A DNA stretch of 63,742 nucleotides, counting the filler, from Collodictyon triciliatum (Eukaryota): assembly GCA_043381765.1 (NCBI GenBank). It is 5 parts of 5 records of this genome, joined end to end, with 100 filler letters (N's around TTAATTAATTAA, not from the genome) between each part and the next. Parts side by side here need not be neighbours in the genome. Positions count along the whole stretch, not along the records: positions 14,878 to 29,651 come from JBHJMP010001777.1; positions 29,752 to 44,522 come from JBHJMP010001778.1; 3 more parts are not named here. One strand, 5' to 3'. Positions 26,599 through 37,100 of the stretch are shown one piece after another. Below the pieces are notes generated by a model. It had not been told where the DNA came from and did no database searches. It saw only the letters and a list, made by a program, of their open reading frames with translations. The translations under genes and the position numbers were made by a program. Positions within the stretch are counted from its first letter, which is position 1, and each line of letters opens with the position of its first letter.

Positions 26599-27765
26599 AT
26601 GTCAGGTACCGAGACACAGTGTCCAACACCTTTCTCTGCAGGTTGTGTCTGTATCAGATTAAATCTCAACTGCATTTTATTTTTTATAAACACCACAGCA
26701 ACAAGCCGTCTGGCCCGTGGCAAGTACGCCGACCTGCTGGACACGGACTTTGAGAAGCGGGAGAACATCCTGGGCAAGGGCGGCTTCGGGCTGGTCTTTA
26801 AGGCACAGCTGAAGGCAGGCCTCTTCGCCGTGAGGCTTGTGGCGAACGCGCAGATGAAAGCCCACGTCGATGGTTCAGACCCCGAGAAGGAGGGCGACAT
26901 GATACTCAATCTGCAACATCCAAACATCATCAAGACCTACGACTTCGGCTACCGCGGCAAAGACCTGCTCTATGTCATGGAGTTTGCGGACGGCGGGGAG
27001 TTGTGCTCACTCATCAAGAAGCAAAAGGCACTCGGAACCGATCTGACTCTCAGGTACGGACTGGACATCATCCGCGGCCTCGTCTACCTGCACACGCGGC
27101 CATGGCCCATACAGCATCGCGACATTAAGACCGAGAACGTCCTCCTTGTCAACGGCATCGCCAAGCTGACCGGCATCAGCCTTGCAAAGAGCGGCGTCTC
27201 GGTCGACTCGATGAGCTGGTTTACCCGCCCGAAGAACTGGTCGCCTCCCGAGGCCTTCGAGATCGGCAAGAGCATGGGGCTGCCCAGCGACGTCTACTCG
27301 TACGGCGTGGTCCTCTGGTCCATGGTGAGCGGCGAGTATCCGTATGAGGGAATGACTGATGGCCAGGTTGGCGCCTGTGTGACCAACGGTAAAACTCCCT
27401 CTATCCCAACAACATGCCCTCCTAACCTCGTTGCTCTAATCCGCAAGTGCTGGGAGCGAGACTATGAGACTCGCATCACTTCTCAACAAGTGGAGGTCGA
27501 GCTCAAGGGCATCATCAGCAACCCCGCTGTTGTCCCAGTTGCCAGGGCTAATCCGGTCGTGAAAATGAGTAATGCAGAGCTTGTACATTATTTACAGAGC
27601 AAGAATGTCAACCCAAGGCTTATCCAGGCGTGCAAAGAGAACGATATTGTTGGTGCAGATTTTCTCCTGCTGACCGAAGATGATTTAGGAGAACTCAACC
27701 CCGAGTTCAGTAAATTTCAAATCCGAGCTGCCCTATATCTTATCGAGGAGGCCAAACGCTGTTGA
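26599..27765 (+). CDS. Protein kinase-like (TKL-type) probable pseudokinase with C-terminal SAM-like domain
   Basis: GKGGFGLV G-loop, FAVR (Lys replaced by Arg), HPNII, YVMEFADGG, HRDIKTEN, KLT-GIS-LAK (DFG lost), WSPPE, SDVYSYG, CW...R; tail MSNAELVHYL..ENDIVGADFLLLTEDDLGEL. Likely one short in-frame intron 26606-26698 (ATGTCAG|GT...CACAG|CA). Confidence 0.85.
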   Translation: MSGTETQCPTPFSAGCVCIRLNLNCILFFINTTATSRLARGKYADLLDTDFEKRENILGKGGFGLVFKAQLKAGLFAVRLVANAQMKAHVDGSDPEKEGDMILNLQHPNIIKTYDFGYRGKDLLYVMEFADGGELCSLIKKQKALGTDLTLRYGLDIIRGLVYLHTRPWPIQHRDIKTENVLLVNGIAKLTGISLAKSGVSVDSMSWFTRPKNWSPPEAFEIGKSMGLPSDVYSYGVVLWSMVSGEYPYEGMTDGQVGACVTNGKTPSIPTTCPPNLVALIRKCWERDYETRITSQQVEVELKGIISNPAVVPVARANPVVKMSNAELVHYLQSKNVNPRLIQACKENDIVGADFLLLTEDDLGELNPEFSKFQIRAALYLIEEAKRC

Positions 27766-28046
27766 GCCCAACTCTGCATAGGTAGCATTCTGCACCTGCA
27801 TTTCCCGCTGTTTTATTCCCAAGTGTTTGGAGTTTGCATAGTCTTTTCTTGAGCCCTTTTCCCCAATCTCCTGCATGATAATCAAATACACAACGGAATA
27901 AAGAAATCAAAAGGCTACTCTATTTATCTTGTGCTATATAGAACTTTATTATTATTATGATTATTATATTCCCTTTCAGTTGGTGTCAGTCTTGGAATAT
28001 ACTCGAGTTGCTCTGTAGAACTTTAAAGAGATAGATACATATCATG

Positions 28047-29160
28047 TTATGCGGGCTTAAAAGCATCGCGCAATACAGCTTCTTGAACAGCTTGCTGAAA
28101 CACGCCCGTATTCTTCGCTACTCTGACTGCAAGCGAAGAGAGATATGGGAATGCGTCGTAAGATATCTCCCACAGCATATCCAACCCCTGCTGCCCACAC
28201 AACCAATCAACCAGTTGGGCCGCCCACCTGACCAACTCGCTATCACTGATTTCTTTCCAGTGTTAGCCACTCTACGGTAGTGTCTTCCCCTACTCGCGTT
28301 TGCTCTCTACCATGCGCACCTGTCTCGCCTTTTTTTGTGTGGCATAACCTCGCTGTACTTCGAATCGAATATAGGAAAGAGGAAAAAAGAGGATAAACAT
28401 ATCCACACACCCATAAGCAATAATTGTCCGCAAAGGTACTCATGCAAGTTGCAAACCCTGAAGCAACGATGAGATACATCAAAAGAATACAAATGCACAA
28501 AGGTTCAGTGTGCTTGAATAGAAGTGATTATTTGCGCCTGATGAATATGAGCAGAAGGAGAGGAAACTACATGGGCTGGGCTCATGAGACTGCATCACGA
28601 ACTGTGTGATAACGAAGCGCCGAAATGAAAGGAAAAGACAAACAAACGCTACCCACGCCTCCCAATATTTACGTTTTCATATCTGACGACTTTTTGATAC
28701 TCTTTTTTTCATTTGGTTTGAAACCCCACACTGCGAAAAAAGCAAAGACTTTGAGGATTCATCATCGGTTCAGGTCGATACACACACACTTTTTGTGGGC
28801 TGCTTTCCAGGCGGCGTTAATCACAGGCAGAACAAAACAACCAAGAAAATGGGTTCATGAATACCCAACAAAACTCACCCCGTGTTGCTGCTTCCCTCCT
28901 GTTGAAGTGTCGGCTGCTTTTAACAAGGGCGGGCCGCACTGCCAGAGATGTTGTCTGACAAAGTCCTTGATAACTCCTGCTGGGATAAGTGACTCTGTAT
29001 TGTTGTGTTCGGCTTGGTTTAATCCCGCTCTGTCGCGTCCGGTCGTTTTATTTTGGTTGGGATTGGTTTCGCAACATAGTCGAGCGTGTCCACCGAGTCA
29101 AGTGTTGGAATAACTGGGGTGGCGTGAAAGACAGACACTCAGTCGCGGCCCATGAGAGGC
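28047..29160 (-). mobile_element. Possible highly decayed hAT-family transposase relic
   Basis: Broken minus-strand frames give TPVIP-(frameshift)-LTRW near 29080-29125 and LWEISYDAFPYLSSLAVRV..(frameshift)..SASCSRSCIARCF near 28060-28170, resembling hAT TRW and dimerisation motifs in the right order. Many stops; no TIRs found. Confidence 0.25.
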
Positions 29161-29266
29161 GCTTTTGTTGGATGGTTAGTAATAATATTATTTCTTAAAA
29201 AAAGCATATCAATGTTATAGGCAAAAAGAAATACAGGAGTTTCTTGTGTAAGAAAGGAGCCTGAGG

Positions 29267-29391
29267 ATGGAAGAGACCCAAAGCAAGAGGAGCAAACTGG
29301 CCGCTGAAGATTATCACGACGTGGAGATCAAGCTTTTGACTTCTGAGTACAACAAGGACACTTCAATAATGATCAGTGAATCCTTCCAGAG
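29267..29391 (+). CDS. First exon of a gene truncated by the piece end (MEETQSKRSKL...ISESFQ)
   Basis: ATG 29267, coding-like composition, donor AG|GTAC at ~29392, then AT-rich intron and repeat up to the spacer. Confidence 0.45.
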
Positions 29392-29651
29392 GTACTCCAT
29401 ATTTTATTTTGCATATATCTTTAATTTTCTTATCTTTTATCTTTATTATTTATTTTATACCTGGCCAACGAACCGAAGCCGAAATACCCCACCATCTTAC
29501 ACAAATTGAAAGCAAGAATAAAAAATCATTATCATTCTGTAATTTTGATATTTTATCTTTTTTATCTTTTTTATCTTTTTTATCTTTTTTATCTTTTTTA
29601 TCTTTTTTATCTTTTTTATCTTTTTTATCTTTTTTATCTTTTTTATCTTTT

Positions 29652-29751
29652 NNNNNNNNNNNNNNNNNNNNNNNNNNNNNNNNNNNNNNNNNNNNTTAAT
29701 TAATTAANNNNNNNNNNNNNNNNNNNNNNNNNNNNNNNNNNNNNNNNNNNN
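29652..29751. other. Artificial contig-joining spacer
   Basis: N44-TTAATTAATTAA-N44. Confidence 0.97.
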
Positions 29752-30142
29752 CAAAAACAAAAACAAAAAACAAAGGCAAAAGACAAAAACAAAAACAAAA
29801 ACAAAAACAAAAACAAAAAAACAAAGGACAAAGGACAAAGGACAAAGGACAAAGGACAAAAGCAAAAACAAAAACAAAAACAAAAACAAAAACAAAAACA
29901 AAAACAAAAACAAAAACAAAAACAAAAACAAAAACAAAAACAAAAACAAAAACAAAAACAAAAACAAAAACAAAAAAACAAAGGACAAAGGACAAAGGAC
30001 AAAGGACAAAGGACAAAGGACAAAGGACAAAGGACAAAGGACAAAGGACAAAGGACAAAGGACAAAAGCAAAAGCAAAAAACAAAAACAAAAAACAAAAA
30101 CAAAAACAAAAACAAAAACAAAAACAAAAACAAAAAACAAAA
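29752..30142. repeat. (CAAAAA)n / (CAAAGGA)n mixed satellite at the piece start
   Basis: Directly visible. Confidence 0.92.
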
Positions 30143-30196
30143 CCAAGGCCAAGACGAAGACAAGAAGCCTCAGCGGGCTGCATCTTTAGAGGGCCC

Positions 30197-30448
30197 TCAT
30201 GCGTGTGTGACGGAGCCGTCGGGGTGCCTGATGCTGCAGCGGCCCTTCGCCATGCGGCCCCGCTCCCACACGCCGTCGCAGACCGTGCCGTCGGCCCACA
30301 GGTACTTGCCCGGGCCGTCCCGCACGCCCTGCCGCCACCCGCCCTCGTGCTGGTTCAGCCGCACCTGCCTCCCCACGCGCTTCCGCCACGTCGTCTTGCC
30401 GGGCCCTTCCAGCAGCCCCTGCATCAGCAACATCTCCACCATCAGCAA

Positions 30449-30488
<40 letters not shown>

Positions 30489-33400
30489 GACTGCATCAAC
30501 ACCCGTGCAAACAGACGCCCATGTGCGGATGGATGAGTGCAATCTACTTACAGACACAAAAGCGCCCTGGTGCTCCACCTCCCCGTCGTTCCATCTGCAC
30601 ACAAAAACGCCACAAGGCAATCAGAGCCCGCCCCTGCTTCGCTCTCCCACCCCTGCACTCTCAACCAAAGGGACACTCACACGTACACCCCGCGCCCGTG
30701 CGGAAGCCCCGCCTGCCACTCCCCATCGTACGTCGAATTGTCCGCAAACTTCTTGGTGCCTTTGCCGTGCGGGACGTCGTGCAGGAACTCGCCTCTGTAC
30801 ACCGACTTGTCTGCTCCCGTCAAGGTCCTATGCATGCGAATATATCGGCCTTCAGAACCCACCCACCATCCGTGCCTTCCCCTTTTCCTTGCTGCTTTCC
30901 TCTCAGCCATGATTTCCTTTTGCCACTCAAAGTGCTCCCATCGTATTTAAATAATACATAAATTGCAAATACGGACGAAGCGATAGTAATAAAAATAAAT
31001 AATAAGGGAAGGCTGCCGCCGATACCAGTGAAGAATAAATGATGAGATGGATTCACCCCTGTCCACACATCTCGTCTTCCGTCCATTCACCGTGGTATTC
31101 GGAGCCATCTTCCATTCGTAAATATCCTGTCCCGTCCATTTTTCCCGCCTTAAATGCATGCAAAAGACAGATTAAAGAAAAAGATACAAAAAAAAATGAA
31201 AATTAAGTCAAGTTAAATTAAAACAGAATCTCGAACAAAAAAAAAAGCATGGAAAATTCAGGCAATTTATACCACTTTTACATAGAGACCAGACAAAGGA
31301 ATAGTAGAAAAGGATGAGTTGTTACAGAGAAAAATGTGACATTTACCTTGAAATCACCTTTATATATAGACTTAACGTTCTCCACTTTGATGGGTCCTGG
31401 CTCCTCCTATGATATGATTTGAATGGAATCACAGACCATGACAGCTCGTCTCCAATCCAAAAAAAAAAAAAAAAAAAAAAAAACCCCCCCCAAACAAAAA
31501 AAAAAAAAAAAAAAAAACCGGCTACTTTGAGGTAATATTGCCGGGATTCTTTGATACCTTTTTTATCGGATTATCCAGTGGTGGCTGCCGCAACCAGACG
31601 TAAATGCCATATCCTTCCATTAGATCGTCAACCCACTTAACGTCATATGAAGATTGATGCGATGAAATCGTCATATTCGAGGTGTTGGTATCCCAATGCG
31701 ACATGAATATTGTTTCAGAAAATTGGCGATTTTCAATTTTCCATTTAAGACGGAAAAAAAAATCAAAAGACAGCATCATGACATGGAAGTTTGTGAGTTT
31801 TACAAATATGATAATTAGTTGAAGGTGCAGTAGATAGAATCGAAATAGTCTTGCCTTTCCTCTGTATTCGCGTCCGTCGTCCCATGTGTACACGCCGTAT
31901 CCATGCTTCTGGTGACCTCTCATCGTTCCATAATATGTTCCACACTTTCTCTGTGTTAACCGAATGCAAATGATTCATTTTATTTCAATCTCCTCATGAC
32001 AAAATATGATTCCATCAAATTTTTCTATAGATGGCCAGTCAAGATGANNNNNNNNNNNNNNNNNNNNNNNNNNNNNNNNNNNNNNNNNNNNNNNNNNNNN
32101 NNNNNNNNNNNNNNNNNNNNNNNNNNNNNNNNNNNNNNNNNNNNNNNNNNNNNNNNNNNNNNNNNNNNNNNNNNNNNNNNNNNNNNNNNNNNNNNNNNNN
32201 NNNNNNNNNNNNNNNNNNNNNNNNNNNNNNNNNNNNNNNNNNNNNNNNNNNNNNNNNNNNNNNNNNNNNNNNNNNNNNNNNNNNNNNNNNNNNNNNNNNN
32301 NNNNNNNNNNNNNNNNNNNNNNNNNNNNNNNNNNNNNNNNNNNNNNNNNNNNNNNNNNNNNNNNNNNNNNNNNNNNNNNNNNNNNNNNNNNNNNNNNNNN
32401 NNNNNNNNNNNNNNNNNNNNNNNNNNNNNNNNNNNNNNNNNNNNNNNNNNNNNNNNNNNNNNNNNNNNNNNNNNNNNNNNNNNNNNNNNNNNNNNNNNNN
32501 NNNNNNNNNNNNNNNNNNNNNNNNNNNNNNNNNNNNNNNNNNNNNNNNNNNNNNNNNNNNNNNNNNNNNNNNNNNNNNNNNNNNNNNNNNNNNNNNNNNN
32601 NNNNNNNNNNNNNNNNNNNNNNNNNNNNNNNNNNNNNNNNNNNNNNNNNNNNNNNNNNNNNNNNNNNNNNNNNNNNNNNNNNNNNNNNNNNNNNNNNNNN
32701 NNNNNNNNNNNNNNNNNNNNNNNNNNNNNNNNNNNNNNNNNNNNNNNNNNNNNNNNNNNNNNNNNNNNNNNNNNNATTACAACTTCGCAGGATGTGGTAT
32801 AATTTGACTCTCGTGTACAAAAGTTCGACATGGACTCATTCTTTTAGTAAGAAGATAGCTCACCCACATGGTCAATTTTTTAAAAAAAAAAAATTAAAAA
32901 GAGAAGAAAAATGATTTTAAAAAGAAGTTCAAAAAGTTAAAAAGAAAAAGGGGCTGCACCCTATTCGAAATGGAGCAAGAAAAGTGTATTTGCCTGAATT
33001 TTGATACTTAGCTAAAGCGCTTGGGGTGAATATAGGGTTCTTGAAAATAATAGCAATAGTCGATCTTATTGCTGTTGAGTATGAGGGAGAGCGTGTGTTT
33101 GCTGATTATACCAGTTTGCCCCCGTGCACTGTATGGATGGTGTGCAGGCTCTGAAGAGGTAATTTTCCGTGCGCTTTCGAGAGTGATGGGAAACGTCCCT
33201 TTATCAGCCTCGCTTCCATCGGACTTTTTCTGCAGCTCAGCCCCGTTCTTTGCCGCTGATTCTCTTCCAGAGTCATCTGAAACGACCTGGGTTGCGCTCT
33301 GCAGCTGCATCTTACCCAAGAGAGGCTGCGCCAGATACACGTTCTCCTCTGGGGTTGATGGTGAGGCAGATGCAGACGTGGCTCGGATTGGCTGAGGTGT

Positions 33401-33981
33401 TTGCGCCCTGGGTTCTGAAGACTGCACTCTGCCTGGATATGCGTGGACAGGGCTATTTTCATCCTCACTTTCATCCTCACTTTCATCCTCACTTTCATCC
33501 TCACTTTCATCCTCACTTTCATCCTCACTTTCATCCTCACTTTCATCCTTGCTTTCATCCTTGCTTTCATCCTTGCTTTCATCCTTGCTTTCATCCTTGC
33601 TTTCATCCTTGCTTTCATCCTTGCTTTCATCCTCACTTTCATCCTCACGTTCATCCTCGCTCTCCGACTGTGAGGTCGGTCGGATCGTGGCCAAGGGTTT
33701 GGCCATAGAGGCCGCGGTTTTCGGCTCGGTTGAGGCCGAGTCCTCGTCCGAGCGGGATGTGTCTGGGGCTGCGAAGAGGGGGAGAGGGAGAGAGGGAGAG
33801 AGGAAGGATCGGCATCCAAAGGCACATGCAAAGGCGAAAGGAAAAGCAGCTGAAACAGAGAGGGTCGCTTACAGATCGCCGGAAAGGCGGCGTTGCTTGG
33901 CGGAGCGGGTGCCTGTTTGGCCTCCTCTGAAGACGCAGCGTCGTCCGAGTCGTCCGAGTCGCCGGCGTAGTATTTGCTCAT
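30197..33981 (-). CDS. MORN-repeat protein with acidic low-complexity N-terminus; spans the N gap 32048-32775
   Basis: ATG 33981 (MSKYYAGDSDD) splices in frame to SPDTSRS...MAKPL; SEDE/SKDE repeat; MORN units HGYGVYTWDDGREYRGKWVDDLMEGYG, YHGEWTEDEMCGQG, YRGEFLHDVPHGKG, YDGEWQAGLPHGRG, HEGGWRQGVRDGPG; stop TGA at 30197-30199. Confidence 0.8.
33458..33660 (-). repeat. Coding 12-bp tandem repeat (~16 copies) encoding SEDE/SKDE
   Basis: TTTCATCCTCAC and TTTCATCCTTGC units inside the MORN gene exon. Confidence 0.92.
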
Positions 33982-34136
33982 GGCTCGGCCTTTGCTTGCA
34001 GGGCAGGCGCGGCGCTTCTCCTTGCGCTTGATCTGCGAGGGCGAAGGGGGCAGCGAGGCGGTCAGAGGGCAAAGACGGTGGCGCGTTGCTTGCGCGTCTG
34101 CGAGTGCTTTTCTGCGGGCATCGGGCCGGGGCGCGG
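33982..34136. promoter_or_regulatory. Compact GC-rich bidirectional promoter region between the MORN gene and REV1
   Basis: Divergent start codons 155 bp apart within a CpG-rich island against an AT-rich background. Confidence 0.6.
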
Positions 34137-37100
34137 ATGGACGGCCTGTTCCCGCCCCCAAGGAACTTTGGCGAGTACATGCGCAACAAGGTGCGGAAGC
34201 TGGACGGGCAGTTCGAGCAGCAGTTTCGCAGGTGGGGCTTCTGTTTCCTCGTTTCGCTCAAAGGCCAAGTAACTCACAAGAAGAAAACCTCACAGCGAGG
34301 CACACTCCGGCTTGTTTGCGGTAAGTCTGCCCCGGCAACGGCCACGCGCAAAGGCTGCGGGGACACATAGTCCGCTTCTCACGGGCCTGGGCCAAGCAGG
34401 CGCACACTCACACAGCTTTCTCTGCGCATGCAGGGCATCGTCATCTGGGTCGACGGGTACACGCGGCCTTCGCAGCAGGAGCTCAAGGAACTGGTGAGGA
34501 CTGTGCATGCATACATTCATACACACATACAGGCAAACAAACAAATGCCTCGCAACTCAACAGCAGCCTCATTCATCTTTGACATGCACCTGGCAAGGCG
34601 CTTCTAAGCCTCACTTATCGACCTTCCGGCAATAGATGGGCCTTCACGGCGGAGACTTCCAAGTCTACCTTACATCCAAAGTCACCCACATCATCGCATC
34701 CAATCTACCCGACGCTAAAGTCAAGCAGCTCAAGTGAGCATTCATCTACTTTGTAAACAGAATGATGTCGCACTAAAATTCCCGTCTGTAGAGGGAACAT
34801 CGTGGTAAAGCCGGATTGGATTGTTGATTCCATCGAGCAGGGGCAGCTTCTTCCTGTTGACAATTACCTACTTCTGAATACAAACAGGTAATTTTTTTTT
34901 TAGAAATAAAGTTTTTTTTACAAGTAATTTTTCTTTTTTTTTCTTCAATTTTTGTGCACCTACCATAATGTAGAGTCTCACCACCAAGTCGTTATTGATT
35001 TTTTTCATTCTATTCATTTGTACATTTGAAATTAAAGATTACATATTTCCAATATATGCGACCTATCAATCAAATTAATATTTGAGTCCTATGCAAATAT
35101 GAGATCATTTTCATCATATACCTTCTCTTTTTTTTTCTTTTTTATGTTTTTTTTGTGGGTGTAAAAGCTCTGCAAATCAGAAAATCACACCGTTTTTCAA
35201 GAGTGGTACAGCCCATAGCAGCAACCAATCCAAAGCAATCAGCACTGCGGACGGAAATATGCGTCAGTTTATGAACCAATACTACGGGGCATCACGACTT
35301 CATCACCTTTCCACATGGAGAATGCATTTTCAGAATGTCACAAACAAGGCGAACGCTGAAAACTGTACAGGTCTGGATACAATTCTTGCACAGTTTTTCT
35401 TTTTGGCTTTTCTATTCATCAAAACTACTCAAACTCAGATTCGAGTCATCAAAGCTGCCATTTTTTTAAATAAATATGATATTTTCGAAACAACTGATTG
35501 TCCATAGCTCCGAGAGAGACCCTGGAGAATACCCATGAAGTAGGATTGCAAGGAGACAATAGTGTAGATATAGAGGATGACTCGCACGATTTGTGGTTGT
35601 TTGGTGATGAAAGTCTTCCTCATCAAGCAGTAACTTCTACATCAAGGAGGGTTATAGCACACGTAGACATGGTGACATAAATTTAGTACACGTATTCCAT
35701 TCAAAAGTTGACTCGGACTAATATGGCTACATTTATTTGAAATTATATCTTACTTTAATTTTCGTAATTTTTTCATACAATCAAAAGGACTGCTTCTTTG
35801 CATCCGTGCATTTACGAGACAACCCGCATCTTATTGGAAGTCCTGTCGTCGTTTGTCATTCACAACTCCATGCAAAATCGGCATCATCCTCTGGTGAAAT
35901 TGCTTGTGCATCATACGAAGCGAGAAAATATGGTACCTTATACATGAATGCTTTATTGATCTCATAAAACGATGTATTATTATGAGTTTTTCTTTTTATT
36001 TTCCACTGTTTTTCTTCCAATGCCCGATTTTGTGGTCTTTTTATTTATGCCATAATGCTCATCGTTTCTCCTCCTGCTATTCGCTCGTATCTATCATTAT
36101 AAAAATGAGAAAATCAGTTACACAGTCCCACATGCTTTCCTAGGTGTCAAGAATGGTATGTGGATGAAAGAAGCTGTAAAATTGTGTCCAAATATTGTAA
36201 CAGTTCCTTACGAATTTGAAAAGTACCAGAGCGTGTCTGAAACCATATATAAGCTCTTTGCGAGGGTGTCCCAAAAAATTCAAGTAAGAATCGAATTCAA
36301 AATGCTTACCACTATTTTGCTTGAACATACATGGACATTAAACACAAATGAGCTCAATATTATATGGCAGAGTACCATTTGAACAATTTAACCTGGTAGA
36401 AATCAAATTTGACTTTTCTGATGTCGCTAGGCTTGCAGTTGTGATGAAGCCTACCTGGATATATCCCATCTGGAAAATTCTTCAAAATCAATCGAATCTC
36501 TAAGAAAAGCTGTTTTCGAGGCTACTGGGTGTACCATGAGCGCCGGCCTGTGTCAGTGCCTTGCATGTATTCAAGTATTTGCCGTATATTATCCTTTTTA
36601 TTCATCGCAATATTTCGAAACACTAGCGCACAATATGCTTCTAGCGCGAATAGCTACAAAAATTGCCAAACCAAATGGACAGTTTTTCATCAGCAAGGAA
36701 GAGGTATTTGTTCTGAATAAAACGATAGATGGTCTGCCTTTATTTTGATACTTTTTAAAAGCGTAGTAGTTTATTGTATTATCATTCATTACATTTGCCC
36801 TACAACTCTACTATTCCTCTTCTTTACTTTCTAACCTTAGCGTACGGCAGGCACCTCGATATGTCAACAAATTGAAGGTTAGAGACATTCCTGGCGTTGG
36901 ATGGAACATAGGTAGTCGGCTAGAGGAAATGGGTGCACATACTTGTGAGGACATTGCCAAGCTGCCCAAAGTATGACCCCTGCGATTGTTATGATTTTCT
37001 ATCAGTACTTTTTTGAGATGAAATTTTTTTTGTTAACACAAGCCTAGCTGGGAGTTAAATTGATTTTTTTTTAAATTACAAAAAACAAGTAATATGCATT

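Noticed and set aside
33458-33660. Regular short repeats as a CRISPR-like array
   Set aside because: Head-to-tail 12-mers without spacers inside a eukaryotic exon encoding SEDE/SKDE.
33069-34544. Many overlapping ORFs on both strands suggesting overlapping genes
   Set aside because: Explained by high GC content and stop-free repeats; spliced MORN (minus) and REV1 (plus) models account for the region.
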